DNA from: Alphaproteobacteria bacterium
GTDB taxonomy: Bacteria; Pseudomonadota; Alphaproteobacteria; SP197
Assembly (NCBI GenBank): GCA_964291415.2
Contig: OZ219920.1
Location: forward strand, 800,001-864,000
Direction: 5' to 3'
DNA: 64,000 nt
Position numbers and translations under genes: made by a program. The notes under the pieces were generated by a model. That model was not told the DNA's origin and ran no database searches. It saw nothing but the letters and a program-made list of their open reading frames with translations. Shown piece after piece: positions 49,051-59,516 of this stretch; the first letter of the stretch is position 1; each line of letters starts with the position of its first letter.

Positions 49051-49329
49051 CGCACGTGACTGGCGGGCACTTCGTGCAAGCCGCCCGGAGAGGGAAGGAA
49101 GCGATCCCCCGGATTTCAGTTCTGTAGGGATCGTTTGGCGATCTCTTGCCTGACCTCTTCAAGTCGGGTGTCGATCTGGTCATGGATCGGCTGCCAGTCC
49201 GCCCCGGAATTTCTGTCATCAATCCCATGAATCGTGTCGAAGCGACGGACAGCGTGGTCTTCTCGTCCACGGGCTCGTCGTGTGGGACCTCAGAAACACG
49301 GCGCGGAGTGGTGGCTGTGGTTCTCCCGG

Positions 49330-49850
49330 GCGTGATGACGGAGAGAACCGGCAAAGAATGGTCGGCTGCCGCGGGCGTAGCGCGAAGCGAGGCGAACCAG
49401 CGCCTGGCGTCCGCGTGGTCGATCTCGGCGATGGGGCAGCCTGCGAAGCGCGGCAGAATGTGGTGGTCGAGGTGCGATGAGTTGACGCCGAACGTTCCCG
49501 CCTTCCGGAGGCGCTCGTGGCACTTGAACGCGGTCCGGGCGACGGTCTCGAAGAGGGCGTCACCGTCAGATGAAGGAGTCTCAGCGCCACGTCGAAGAGC
49601 GGCCAGCATGGCCCTGGCGGGCGACCGGGCTTCATCGACATCCAGCGAATCGGTGTCACCGACGATTTGCCGGATCCGTTCTCCTCGATGCTGGCTGTGG
49701 ATGGAACATACCGTTTGGCTCCGCTGGGCATGATGCGAACGCCGAAGCCCCGGAGCTTGCCATCGCGGATGTCAAGAGCGCTTGCGCACGGCTTCAGTAC
49801 CGTGATGCGGGATCGGGTAAGAGGTGGTCCTGGCTTGCCGGTCTCCCGAT
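49330..49850 (-). pseudogene. Tyrosine integrase N-terminal remnant (arm-binding and core-binding domains only)
   Basis: LTRSRITVLKP..DIRDGKLRGFGVRIMPSGAKR, a frameshift, then IHSQHRGER..VDEAR...HILPRFAGCPIAEIDHADARRWF..LPVLSVI. No catalytic domain follows. Confidence 0.8.
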
Positions 49851-49959
49851 TGCAGTTGCAGCCGGGGAAGTAAACAGCGACACGAAGCTGTTCCCCGACA
49901 TTTTCCTTGCGGGAGAAAAAGCGTTTGTTTTCAGCAAAGAAGGGTGCGTCATGGGTCGA

Positions 49960-50033
49960 TGGAGGCTAGGACCGGAATCGAACCGGTGTAAACGGATTTG
50001 CAGTCCGGTGCATCACCACTCTGCCACCTAGCC
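49960..50033 (-). tRNA. tRNA-Cys (GCA)
   Basis: GGCTAGG...CTGCAAA...GGTTCGATTCC..CCTAGCCTCCA. A 74-nt cloverleaf with U73 discriminator and encoded CCA. Confidence 0.97.
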
Positions 50034-50155
50034 CCGGCCGCCTTGCGGGGTGCCCTTCCACACAACGCGGTCCGTCCACTATACTGGCCCTCTGATCGCT
50101 TGCGAAGTGCCGTCTCGCCCGAGTGGGGCCGGGCCTTCGGAAATGAAGGCGTGCA

Positions 50156-50812
50156 ATGATCGAGTTTGCCAGTGTTCGCCAGGCCATGGTGGAGAATCAG
50201 ATCCGCTCGGTGAAGGTGGACAACGAAGATCTCCTCGAGGCGTTGCGCGAAGTGCCGCGGGAACTCTTCGTTCCGGAACGGCTGCGCGACGTCGCCTATG
50301 TCGACGAGGACATCCGCATCGATGGCGACCGCTACATGACCGAGCCGATGGTGCTGGCCCGTCTTCTTCAGGCCGGTGACATCGGTCCCGACGATGCCGT
50401 TCTTGTCATCGGCTGCACCACCGGATACAGCGTCGCCGTGACGGCGCGCCTGGCCGCAGCCGTGGTCGGCCTTGACGGCGATGCGGACATGATTGCCCGG
50501 GCCGAGACCACTCTCGCCCGCCTCGAAATCTACAATGGCGTCGTCGTCTGTGGCGACATGCGGCTGGGTTGGCCGAAACAGGCTCCCTACGATGTCATCG
50601 TCATCGAGGGGCGTTGCGACGAGGTGCCGCGCGCCCTTACCGAACAGCTGTCCCCGGGTGGCCGACTCGTCGCCGTGTGCAGCGAAGCGGCCGTCGGACG
50701 TGCCGTCGTGATCCGCCGTGACGGCGCCGGGAACCTGAGCCGGCGGTCCCTTTTTGATGCCTTCCTCCCACCACTGGAATGTTTCAGACGTGAACCTGAA
50801 TTCCGGTTGTAG
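50156..50812 (+). CDS. pcm: Protein-L-isoaspartate O-methyltransferase family
   Basis: Motifs RQAMVENQIR, VPRELFVP..AYVDE, APYDVIVIEG and QLSPGGRLV. Syntenic with tolC. Confidence 0.9.
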   Translation: MIEFASVRQAMVENQIRSVKVDNEDLLEALREVPRELFVPERLRDVAYVDEDIRIDGDRYMTEPMVLARLLQAGDIGPDDAVLVIGCTTGYSVAVTARLAAAVVGLDGDADMIARAETTLARLEIYNGVVVCGDMRLGWPKQAPYDVIVIEGRCDEVPRALTEQLSPGGRLVAVCSEAAVGRAVVIRRDGAGNLSRRSLFDAFLPPLECFRREPEFRL

Positions 50813-52151
50813 ACCACTGGTCATCGCCGCCGCGCTGGCGTTGTCCTGGCCGGCATCCTCCCAGACTCTCGATGAGGCCCTGGCCATCGCCTATGAGAGC
50901 AGTCCGGCACTCGAAGCGGCCCGGGCTCGCCTGAGGGCCGCCGATGAACAGGCAGCCCAGACCGATGCCAGAACGCGCCCGTCCCTGACACTCGAGGGGG
51001 ACCTGGGCCTGAGGGAGCACGAGACCCGGGGGAGCACGAAACCGGCCTCGTGGTCCATTGGCATCGATCAGGTGCTCTATCATGGCGCCGTCGCCACCGG
51101 CATCAGCCGGTCGGTGCATGTCGTCGGCAGCGCGAGAGCCGGTCTGGCCGAAGTCGAGCAACATGTCCTGCTGGACGTCGCACGGAGCTACACGGATATT
51201 GTTCTGGCGCACGTGATTCTTGACCGTGCGATCAGCAACGAACAGAGGTTGGCAAGCCACCTCGAGGCAACGGAGGACCGTTTCCGCGTGGGCCTCTCCA
51301 CCCTGACCGACGTGGCTCAGGCACGCGCCCGGCTGGCCGGGGCACGCGCAGACAGGGAGCGGGCACAGGGTCAGGTGAACTCGGCGTCTGCCCGGTTCCG
51401 GCAGGTTGTCGGTGTCAGCCCCGACAGTCCCGGGCAGCCGGCTGTGCCGGACGGTCTGCCGGCAAGCCTGGAGGAGGCGACAGCACGTGCCGCGGCGGAA
51501 CATCCTGCTGTGGTGCGGGCCATCGAGGATGAAAGGACGGCGTGGTTGACTGCTGATGTCATGGCCTCCGAACTAGAGCCGTCTGTGAACCTGAGGGCGG
51601 AATTCAGGCGGGCCAGAGACGGCAGTTTCGGGCATGTCTGGCGGGATGATGTCCGCGTTCTGACCCGATTTGTCGTTCCCCTCTACCAGGGAGGCCTGAC
51701 CTCTGCCCGGACCCGGGAGGCACGTCAGCAGGCGGCTGCCCTCAAGCACGAGGTCCACAACATCCGCAGGCAGGTGGAAGCCGGAGTCGTGAGTGCATGG
51801 CAGTCCCTCAAGGTGGCCCGTGCCGAAATCGGGGCCCTTGAGGAGGAAGTGGCGGCCAATGCGACAGCACTGGAGGGCGTCACCAATGAACTGCGGGCCG
51901 GATTGCGCACGGTGCTGGCCGTTCTCGATGCCGAACAGGCGCTCTTCATCAGTGAAGTCAGCCTCGCTCGTGCCCGCAGCCAGGAAGTGACGGCAGCCTA
52001 CGAGTTGCTGGCAGCGACCGGTCGGCTGAACGTGCGCAGCCTGGGATTGCCGGTCGCGGTCTACGATGAGCGCGCCTATCATGAGAAGGCGCGATCCGCG
52101 TTGTGGGGCTACGGCGACAACACGATCTATGCGGATGACTGGTTTGAGTGA
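50790..52151 (+). CDS. TolC family outer membrane protein (start uncertain)
   Basis: QTLDEALAIAY...RFRVG..TLTDVAQARARL and GLRTVLAVLDAEQ. pcm-tolC-popZ synteny. Confidence 0.88.
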   Translation: MNLNSGCRPLVIAAALALSWPASSQTLDEALAIAYESSPALEAARARLRAADEQAAQTDARTRPSLTLEGDLGLREHETRGSTKPASWSIGIDQVLYHGAVATGISRSVHVVGSARAGLAEVEQHVLLDVARSYTDIVLAHVILDRAISNEQRLASHLEATEDRFRVGLSTLTDVAQARARLAGARADRERAQGQVNSASARFRQVVGVSPDSPGQPAVPDGLPASLEEATARAAAEHPAVVRAIEDERTAWLTADVMASELEPSVNLRAEFRRARDGSFGHVWRDDVRVLTRFVVPLYQGGLTSARTREARQQAAALKHEVHNIRRQVEAGVVSAWQSLKVARAEIGALEEEVAANATALEGVTNELRAGLRTVLAVLDAEQALFISEVSLARARSQEVTAAYELLAATGRLNVRSLGLPVAVYDERAYHEKARSALWGYGDNTIYADDWFE

Positions 52152-52170
52152 AACAGGTGACGGGGGCCGC

Positions 52171-52494
52171 ATGACAAATCAGGACAAACCGATGAGCGAA
52201 GCCCTCGAAGCCGTTCGCGGCATGATGGAGGCGGACAGGGCCGACCCTGTCGAGGAGGCGCCGCAAGCCGATCCGTCAGAAGATTCGACGGCTTCCGCTG
52301 ACACCATGGATGCGCCGGCGGACACTGCAGTGTCCGGTGACGGCCCGCCGGGACGCGCCGAGGTTCTGGAAGAGATGGTCGTGGAGCAGATCACACCGAT
52401 GGTCCGGGACTGGCTCGACAAGCATCTGCCGGATATCGTCGCGCGCGCCGTCGAACGGGAGGTCCGCGACCTGATGGGCCGCCGCGGCGGCTGA
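52171..52494 (+). CDS. popZ: PopZ-like polar organizing protein (DUF2497)
   Basis: Acidic/Pro linker and C-terminal LEEMVVEQITPMVRDWLDKHLPDIVARAVEREV. Lies between tolC and valS. Confidence 0.8.
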   Translation: MTNQDKPMSEALEAVRGMMEADRADPVEEAPQADPSEDSTASADTMDAPADTAVSGDGPPGRAEVLEEMVVEQITPMVRDWLDKHLPDIVARAVEREVRDLMGRRGG

Positions 52495-52853
52495 CCGGCA
52501 GCGGCCTGGTGGCCGCCACCGCGATGAAGCAGTGGCGCAGCGCATGAAACAAGAATCGGGTGCACCCCGCCGGTGACCTTTCCTGCAGGAGGACGGGTCC
52601 GATCGAGGCACCGTGCGTGGTTGACGCCGGACTTGTGGAGACCCTTGCGCAGCACGACCGGAAGGTGTCCGTGGACCTGCGTTGTGATCCAGAACTGCAG
52701 AATTTCCGGAATTGATTCCGGGAGAGGCACCGCGACGAGCCGGGAGCAGGGCTCCGGGCCGTCGCGAGGGATCTGCTGTGCCTGACTGGTTCCGGTTTGA
52801 CACCAAAGTGGCGGCGAACGAGAGTTTGGAGGCAACCAGTCGATGAGGCCTTG

Positions 52854-53400
52854 ATGTCGGCCAGAGCTGTGCGCGTGAGCGGTATCGTGGCCCTCGCGAC
52901 GGTCCTGATCGTACCTGGATCGGCCTATCTGGTTGGATCACTGACTCCGTCCGGCCCTGCCAGCATCGAGAGAGCCCTGGGGCACGTCGCCGTGCTGGTT
53001 ATCGTCATGTACTACGCCTTCGTGGGCTGTTCGGCCTTTGTCCTGTGGGCCACGAAGCAGGTCTTCAACGCATCCGATTACAGGTCCGCCGACGCGTTGG
53101 TTGCCTGGCTCTTTGGCGTGCTCGTGTTCCTGCCCCCTCTCGCGTTTCCGCTCTGGGCGTGGTTCTCGATTCTTGCGATCAGATTCGGCAGACGGGTCGA
53201 TTCGCCCCTGTGGAAAGCCATCGGCGTCATCTATCTGATTGCCGTGGTGCTGCTTGCCGCCGCGATCGCGATCGACTTCACGGACATTTACATACCCGAT
53301 CTTGACGCGTTCATGGTGTTCCTGGGACTGATACTGCTCGTCGGCTGGTTGGTGCCACGGCGTGTGCCTGATCCTCAATGCCCGCAAGCTGGCAGCGTAA
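52854..53400 (+). CDS. Hypothetical integral membrane protein (probable frameshift at ~53350)
   Basis: About five hydrophobic segments. The last TM continues in another frame as WCHGVCLILNARKLAA* (TAA at 53398-53400). Confidence 0.6.
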
Positions 53401-53686
53401 GGCGTATCGCCAGCTGCCCGAAGGCAGGATCCGGACACCGGAATCCCTGAAGTTCCTGTCATGGATGTCGCGGGGCTGCCGGCCCGGCTTGAGGGTGTCG
53501 ACGCGATGTTGCGCGGGACGGCTTGCCGCCATAAGTTTCTCTCCCTTCCCTGTGGCGCCGAGGACACGGAGACATCCTGTTTGCGTGTTCCGGGCGTAGA
53601 AACGTGAGAGAGAAAACGGCGTTGTTTCAGGATATTGGACGTTCGTTCAACATCTCAGGTGCGGACCGGGTGTGATGGAACGCGAC

Positions 53687-56355
53687 ATGATGCACAAGAA
53701 CTGGGATGCGACATCGGCGGAAGGCCGTCTCTACGAGGAGTGGGAGAAGGGCGGGTCCTTTGCCATCGGCAGACGGGACAATGCCCGGCCCTACACCATT
53801 GTCATCCCGCCACCCAACGTGACGGGAAGCCTGCACATGGGCCATGCCCTCAACAATACCCTGCAGGACATCCTCATCCGCCACGAGCGCATGAGGGGCC
53901 GCGATGCGTTGTGGCAGCCGGGCACGGATCACGCCGGCATTGCGACGCAGATGGTCGTCGAGCGCCAGCTTTCTGAAGAAGGGATCGCGCGGCGCGACAT
54001 CGGACGCGAGGCGTTCGTCGACAGGGTCTGGGAGTGGAAGGAAGAGTCGGGCGGACTCATCAACCGGCAGCTTCGCCGCCTGGGCGCCTCCGCCGACTGG
54101 TCGCGCGAACGCTTCACCATGGACGAAGGACTGTCGAAGGCTGTCATCAAGGTCTTCGTGGCCCTCCATGAGGAGGGCCTCATCTACCGCGACAGGCGGC
54201 TCGTCAACTGGGACCCCGGCCTGGAAACGGCGATTTCGGATCTCGAGGTCCAGGCCCGGGAGACCCGCGGTCACCTCTGGTACTTCCGGTACCCCGTCGA
54301 GGGGACCGACGGCCTTCACGTCACCGTCGCCACCACCCGGCCTGAGACCATGCTGGGCGATACCGGCATCGCCGTTCATCCCGACGATGCCCGTTACGCG
54401 GCGCTGGTGGGGCGCCATGCCGTCCTTCCCCTGGTGGGACGGAGACTACCGATCGTCGCCGATACCTGGGCTGACCCCGAACAGGGCAGCGGCGCCGTCA
54501 AGATCACGCCGGCACACGATTTCAACGACTTCGAGGTGGGCCGCCGCCATGGTCTCGAGATGCCCAATATCCTGGATCAGCGGGCCCGGCTCAACGACAA
54601 CGTGCCGGCGCCCTACCGCGGCCTCGACCGCTTCGAGGCGCGCAGGAGGGTCGTCGCCGACATGGAGGCAGCCGGTCTCGTCGAACGGATCGATGATCAC
54701 GTGCATACCGTTCCCTATGGCGACCGCAGCGGCGTGCCGGTCGAGCCGTACCTCACCGAACAGTGGTACGCGGACGCGCGCACTCTGGCCGGTCCGGCCA
54801 TCAAGGCGGTGGAGGAGGGGCGGACCCGCTTCTTCCCGGAGAAGTGGGCCAAGACCTACTACCAGTGGATGCACAACATCCAGCCGTGGTGCATTTCCCG
54901 GCAGCTCTGGTGGGGCCATCGCATTCCTGCATGGTACGGACCGGACGGCGAGGTGTTCGTGGCGGAAACCGCGGCAGAGGCCCGTGACAAGGCGCATCGG
55001 CACTATGGCGAGAGCGTGGACCTCGTGCGTGACAGCGACGTGCTCGACACCTGGTTCTCGTCGGCCCTGTGGCCCTTCTCGACGCTGGGCTGGCCCGAGG
55101 AGACACCGGAACTGCAGCGCTACTATCCCACCGATGTTCTCGTGACAGGCTTTGACATCATTTTCTTCTGGGTTGCCCGGATGATGATGATGGGCCTTCA
55201 CTTCATGGGTGACGTTCCCTTCCGCACCGTCTACATCCACGCCCTCGTGCGCGACGCCGCCGGCGCCAAGATGTCGAAGTCGAAGGGCAACATCATCGAT
55301 CCCCTTGAGCTGATGGAGACCTACGGCGCCGATTCCCTGCGCTTCACGCTGGCCGCCATGGCCGCACCCGGTCGTGACATCCGCCTCTCGGAAAAGCGGG
55401 TCGAGGGTTACCGCAACTTCGCCACCAAGCTGTGGAACGCGGCCCGCTTCTGCCAGATCAACGAATGCCGCGCCGATGCCGGCTTCGATCCGCAGACAGC
55501 GAGGGAAACGGTGAACCGCTGGATGATCGGTGAGGTGGCGGGCCTGCGCATGCGCGTCGACGAGGCTCTTGAGGCCTACCGGTTCAATGACGCCGCCCAG
55601 GCCGTCTATCAGGGGATCTGGAATGTCTTTTGTGACTGGTATCTCGAATTCACCAAGCCGGTGTTCGAGAAGGGCGACGCAGGTGTGGCGGCCGAAACCA
55701 GGCAGACCGCCGGCTGGGCGCTCGACCAGTTGTTGACGATCCTTCACCCCTTCATGCCCTTCGTGACAGAGGCCTTGTGGCGCGAGATTGGCGGTGACCG
55801 CGACACGCCGCTTATCGAGGCGCCGTGGCCAACGGCGGATTCCGGTCTGATTGATGAGAATGCGCTGCGCGCGAGATGGACCAGGTGGTGCGTCTTGTCA
55901 CGCTGATCAGGACGGTGAGGGCCGAACTGAATGTTCCGCCGGCAAGCCGGATCACCGCCCTGGTGCGCGATGCCGATGATGAGCTCACGCGCGTGATCGA
56001 GCGCCACATGGTCCTCATCAAGCGCCTGGCGCGCCTTGATGAGTTGTCCGTCGGCGGGACCGCTGCGCCGGGTTCGGTGGAAGCGGTGTTCGATGGCGCC
56101 ACCGTGTCGTTGCCCCTTGAGGGTGTCATTGACATCAATGCCGAGATGGCCAGATTGACAAAGGAAATCGACAGGACGGGAACGTCGATCGCCGCCATGG
56201 AACGCAAGCTCGGCAACGAGCAGTTCCTGTCCAGGGCCCCGGAAGAGGTCGTGGAGGAACAGCGCGAACGCCTCGAGGCGGCGCTCCACGCTCGCCATCG
56301 CCTTGAAGCGGCCCTGGCGCGTCTCGCCGTCCCCCGGGAAGGGAATGCGCCGTGA
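53687..56355 (+). CDS. valS: Valine--tRNA ligase (frameshift at ~55870, probably a sequencing error)
   Basis: Motifs [24 protein letters not shown] and KMSKS. The C-terminal coiled-coil arm continues in ORF 55876-56355. Confidence 0.95.
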
Positions 56356-57101
56356 CATCGAAGGTTCTCTACATCATTCACCATCCGGCCTGGACCGATT
56401 GCCGGGTCGCCGACACGCTGAGGACCAGGGGCTACACCATCGATCACGTGTGCCCGGCCTTCGGTGATGATCTTCCCGCACTCGATGACTATGCGGTGGT
56501 GATGGTGGGGGGCAGCGAGGAGGGCCACGTCGCCGAGCCCGACGATCCACCCTGGGTGGCCCGGGAAATCGCTTATGTGCGCGACGTCCTGGCACGGGAC
56601 ATTCCCTTCCTCGGCATCTGCATGGGGTGCCAGATTCTCGCCGGCGCCTGTGGCGGGGAGGTGGGCGGGCGGCCCGACGGCCTGTGCGAACTCGGTTTCT
56701 TTCACGTGGAGCCCACCGCGGAGGGGGCCAGCCTCTTCCGCGACTCGCGGTGTTTCTACCAGGCTCACTACGAGGGCGTCATGACATTGCCGCCGGACGC
56801 TGTCCTTCTCGCCACAGGCGAGAACTTTCCTGTCCAGGCCTTCCGCGTCGGCGAGAACGCCTATGGCGTCCAGTTCCACCCCGACGCGCGCCTCGAGAGG
56901 ATGACCCCCGAAGAGATCGCGAAGGATTCTCTCATCGGCACGAACGGTGCCCAGGGCGTCGACGAACAGGTCCGCCTGGCGCATCTCCACGAAGCGGCCA
57001 TCCAGAGATGGACCGAGGAGTTTGTCGACCGTTGGGCCGGTCCGGCAACCGACCCTTGCAGGCAAGCCCGGCCGGACAATCTCCAGGCAGCCACCGTCTG
57101 A
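56352..57101 (+). CDS. Class I glutamine amidotransferase-like protein
   Basis: Nucleophile motif PFLGICMGCQ and YGVQFHPD. Confidence 0.88.
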   Translation: MTSKVLYIIHHPAWTDCRVADTLRTRGYTIDHVCPAFGDDLPALDDYAVVMVGGSEEGHVAEPDDPPWVAREIAYVRDVLARDIPFLGICMGCQILAGACGGEVGGRPDGLCELGFFHVEPTAEGASLFRDSRCFYQAHYEGVMTLPPDAVLLATGENFPVQAFRVGENAYGVQFHPDARLERMTPEEIAKDSLIGTNGAQGVDEQVRLAHLHEAAIQRWTEEFVDRWAGPATDPCRQARPDNLQAATV

Positions 57102-57422
57102 CGCGCGCCCTCGGGCCGCGATACGCTCCTGCGAGTGTGCGGTTGACACTCTTCTGTGATGCCACCGACAGCCTCGCAGGACGCGTTCCGGAACGATACC
57201 GAGCGCAATCTGTCGCAGTCGACACGCATTGGAGAAGGAGTGGCGTCTCCCGCCTGGCCCCGACGCAATGGTCCACCGGATGCGCGTCGGCGTTTGGCAC
57301 ATCCGGCTGCGCTGTCAAGTCCGTATGGACTTGTAGACCGTGTATCCAGGCATGGAACAGCGTCTCCGGATCGGCTGCCGAGTGCATGGTCAACGCGCAA
57401 GCCCAGGCCTGACGGGATGACG

Positions 57423-57448
57423 TTGACATCTGCAACAGGCAATGTTGC
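57423..57448 (+). promoter_or_regulatory. Putative higBA promoter/operator
   Basis: A TTGACA -35 element followed by the palindrome GCAACA-N5-TGTTGC just upstream of the toxin ATG. Confidence 0.5.
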
Positions 57449-57456
57449 GGATCGTC

Positions 57457-57728
57457 ATGATCAGGAGTTTCAGGAGCCGGGCGCTTCGGCGTTTCGCGGC
57501 GATGAACGGCGCATGCATCAGGAACACCGAGAGAGAGTGAGAGACATCTTGGTGCGCCTGAATGCCTCCATCGCTCCTGGCGACATGGATCTGCCAGGGT
57601 TCCGGTTGCATTCGCTTGGTGGGGACGATGCCGGGTCTTGGGCGGTGACAGTTTGCGCCAACTGGCGGGTGATTCTCCGATTCGAGGATGGCCATGCCGC
57701 TGATGTTGGCTACCTGGACTACCACGAG
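57457..57728 (+). pseudogene. HigB/RelE toxin, frameshifted
   Basis: MIRSFRSRALRRF, a frameshift, then RGDERR...[46 protein letters not shown]. The usual stop after DYH reads GAG. Confidence 0.82.
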
Positions 57729-57741
57729 CGAGGATTCTTCC

Positions 57742-58029
57742 ATGTTGATGTACGATCCGCCACACCCCGGTGAGTTCATTCGGCGCCAGTGTCTCGAGCC
57801 TCTTGGCCTCACGGTGACAGAGGCCGCGAAGGGGCTCGCGGTCTCGCGCAACACGTTTTCGCTCCTGCTCAACGGCCGCCTCGGCATCTCGCCGGAGATG
57901 GCGCTCCGGCTGTCCGAGGCATTCGGTGGCAGTCCTGAAAGCTGGCTGACTCAGCAGATGCAATACGATCTCTGGCAGACGCAGCATGTCCGCAAGCCGG
58001 TGACTATACGCAGGTTTGCTGAGGCCTGA
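57742..58029 (+). CDS. HigA family antitoxin
   Basis: PPHPGEFIR...[13 protein letters not shown]...[26 protein letters not shown]. Confidence 0.93.
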   Translation: MLMYDPPHPGEFIRRQCLEPLGLTVTEAAKGLAVSRNTFSLLLNGRLGISPEMALRLSEAFGGSPESWLTQQMQYDLWQTQHVRKPVTIRRFAEA

Positions 58030-58262
58030 CCGGCCCGGGTTCAACCGGGCGTTGTCTCTTCAATGTCCGGCCTCGATGTGAACGAGCGGTCTGGATCGCA
58101 AGTTCAGGGGCGTCAGGAAGGAAAGCATCGCATGCCGGCCGTGGCGGCCGGCGCACGTCATGGTCATGCTCCGGGGCGCCACCACCCGGCCGGCAGTGGG
58201 GTTGGTGAAGGTCAAGCCGTGGAATCGCGGCCTGATGCTCGATCGCGTCCGGAGCGGCGTCC

Positions 58263-59388
58263 TCATTCGGGCCGTCGTTCGTCAGATTCGTGCGGTGCCA
58301 GATCGTAGCTGGTGCTGCGACCGCCGGCCGGGCCGCGCACGAGCATGCCGCGGTCTGTCAGATCGCGGATGTCCCGGTTTGCCGTGTCCTGGGAGCAGTG
58401 GTTCATCCTCGCCCATCTCGATGACGTGAGCTTGCCCTCGAAGCCGTCCAGCAGCCGATTCAGAATCTTCACCTGGCGTTCGTTGAGCACCTCGCGGGCA
58501 TGGGCTTCCCAAAAGCTGGCCTTGTTCAGGATCGCGGCAAGGGTGTGCCAGGAGGTCTCGATCGCGCGCCCGAGGCATTCGAGAAACCAGTTCTGCCAGT
58601 GGGTGGCGTCCAGGCCGCCTTTCTGGGTTGACTTCGAGGATGTCGTAGTAGGCGTCACGCTCCAGGCGGATCTGTGCGGACATGCTGTAGAAGCGTTCAG
58701 GACTGTCTTCCGAGCGGGCGAGCGCCATGTCGGCGATTGCCCGCGCGATACGCCCATTGCCGTCTTCGAACGGATGGATGGAGACGAACCAGAAATGGGC
58801 CAGGCCAGCGGCAAGTACGGGGTCCATGGTTCGTGCGCCATCGAACCAGTGGAGAAACTCCGACAACTCATTTCCAAGACGCTCGGCCGGCGGCGCGCGA
58901 TAGTGGACGCGTTCGCGGCCAATCGGGCCCGAGACGACCTGCATCGGCCCGTCTGCGTCGTCGCGCCACTGACCAATGCGGATGCGGCGCATGCCGCTGT
59001 AGCCCGTCGGAAACAGGGCTGCGTGCCATGAGAACAGCCGCTCTTCGGTCAGGGGCGCAGCGTAGTTCCGGGCAGCATCGAGCGTCATCTCTACGACGCC
59101 GTCGACGTTGCGGTCCGGTGTCGGCAGGCCGCCGGCGTCAAGACCGAGGCGGCTTGCAATGGACGAACGCACCTGGTCGGGCGCCAGGGTTTCGCCCTCG
59201 ATCTCACTCGTCTTCACGACATCCTCAGTGAGCATGCGCAACATCGCCTCGCCGCGCATTTTGAAACCCAGGGCTTCCATGCGGCCGAACAATCTCCCCT
59301 GAGCGTGACGCGTGTTCGCCAGCAGGTCGGCGAGCCGAGTGGTGTCCTGATAGAACCGTGGCCACTCGGGGCGTTGCCACATGAACAT
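58263..59388 (-). pseudogene. Fic family protein with DUF4172 N-terminus and C-terminal wHTH; frameshift at ~58632
   Basis: MWQRPEWPRF, TSEIEGE and the canonical motif HPFEDGNGRIAR. The C-terminus LNERQ..FEGKLTSSRW..CSQDTANRDI..GGRSTSY is in another frame. Confidence 0.85.
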
Positions 59389-59396
59389 GGAATGTG

Positions 59397-59490
59397 CTCC
59401 GCATAGAGTGCGGAGAATATAGTGTGAATTCTCTGGACAAGCAATAATCACCGCATGCTCTGCGGAGATAAAGACGTTCATTCTCCGCAG
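59397..59490. promoter_or_regulatory. Repeated palindromes upstream of the Fic gene
   Basis: CTCCGCA-N5-TGCGGAG (59397-59415), CACCGCA-N5-TGCGGAG (59449-59467) and a half-site CTCCGCA (59483-59489). Confidence 0.6.
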
Positions 59491-59516
59491 CCGCTCGATC
59501 CGGATGACGTGGGCAG

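Larger units (their letters stand above)
46010..49959. mobile_element. Decayed integrative element/prophage remnant at the tRNA-Cys 3' end
   Basis: A truncated tyrosine integrase abuts the tRNA. Cargo is HU, RhuM-Fic and a phage-like ORF. A degenerate att-like copy lies at 46010-46030. Confidence 0.6.

Noticed and set aside
49960-50033. C-U mismatch at the top of the tRNA-Cys anticodon stem
   Set aside because: Mismatches at pair 27-43 are tolerated and the other identity elements are normal.
57102-57420. Unexplained spacer between the GATase and higB as a possible ncRNA
   Set aside because: No recognisable RNA family or strong terminator is present.
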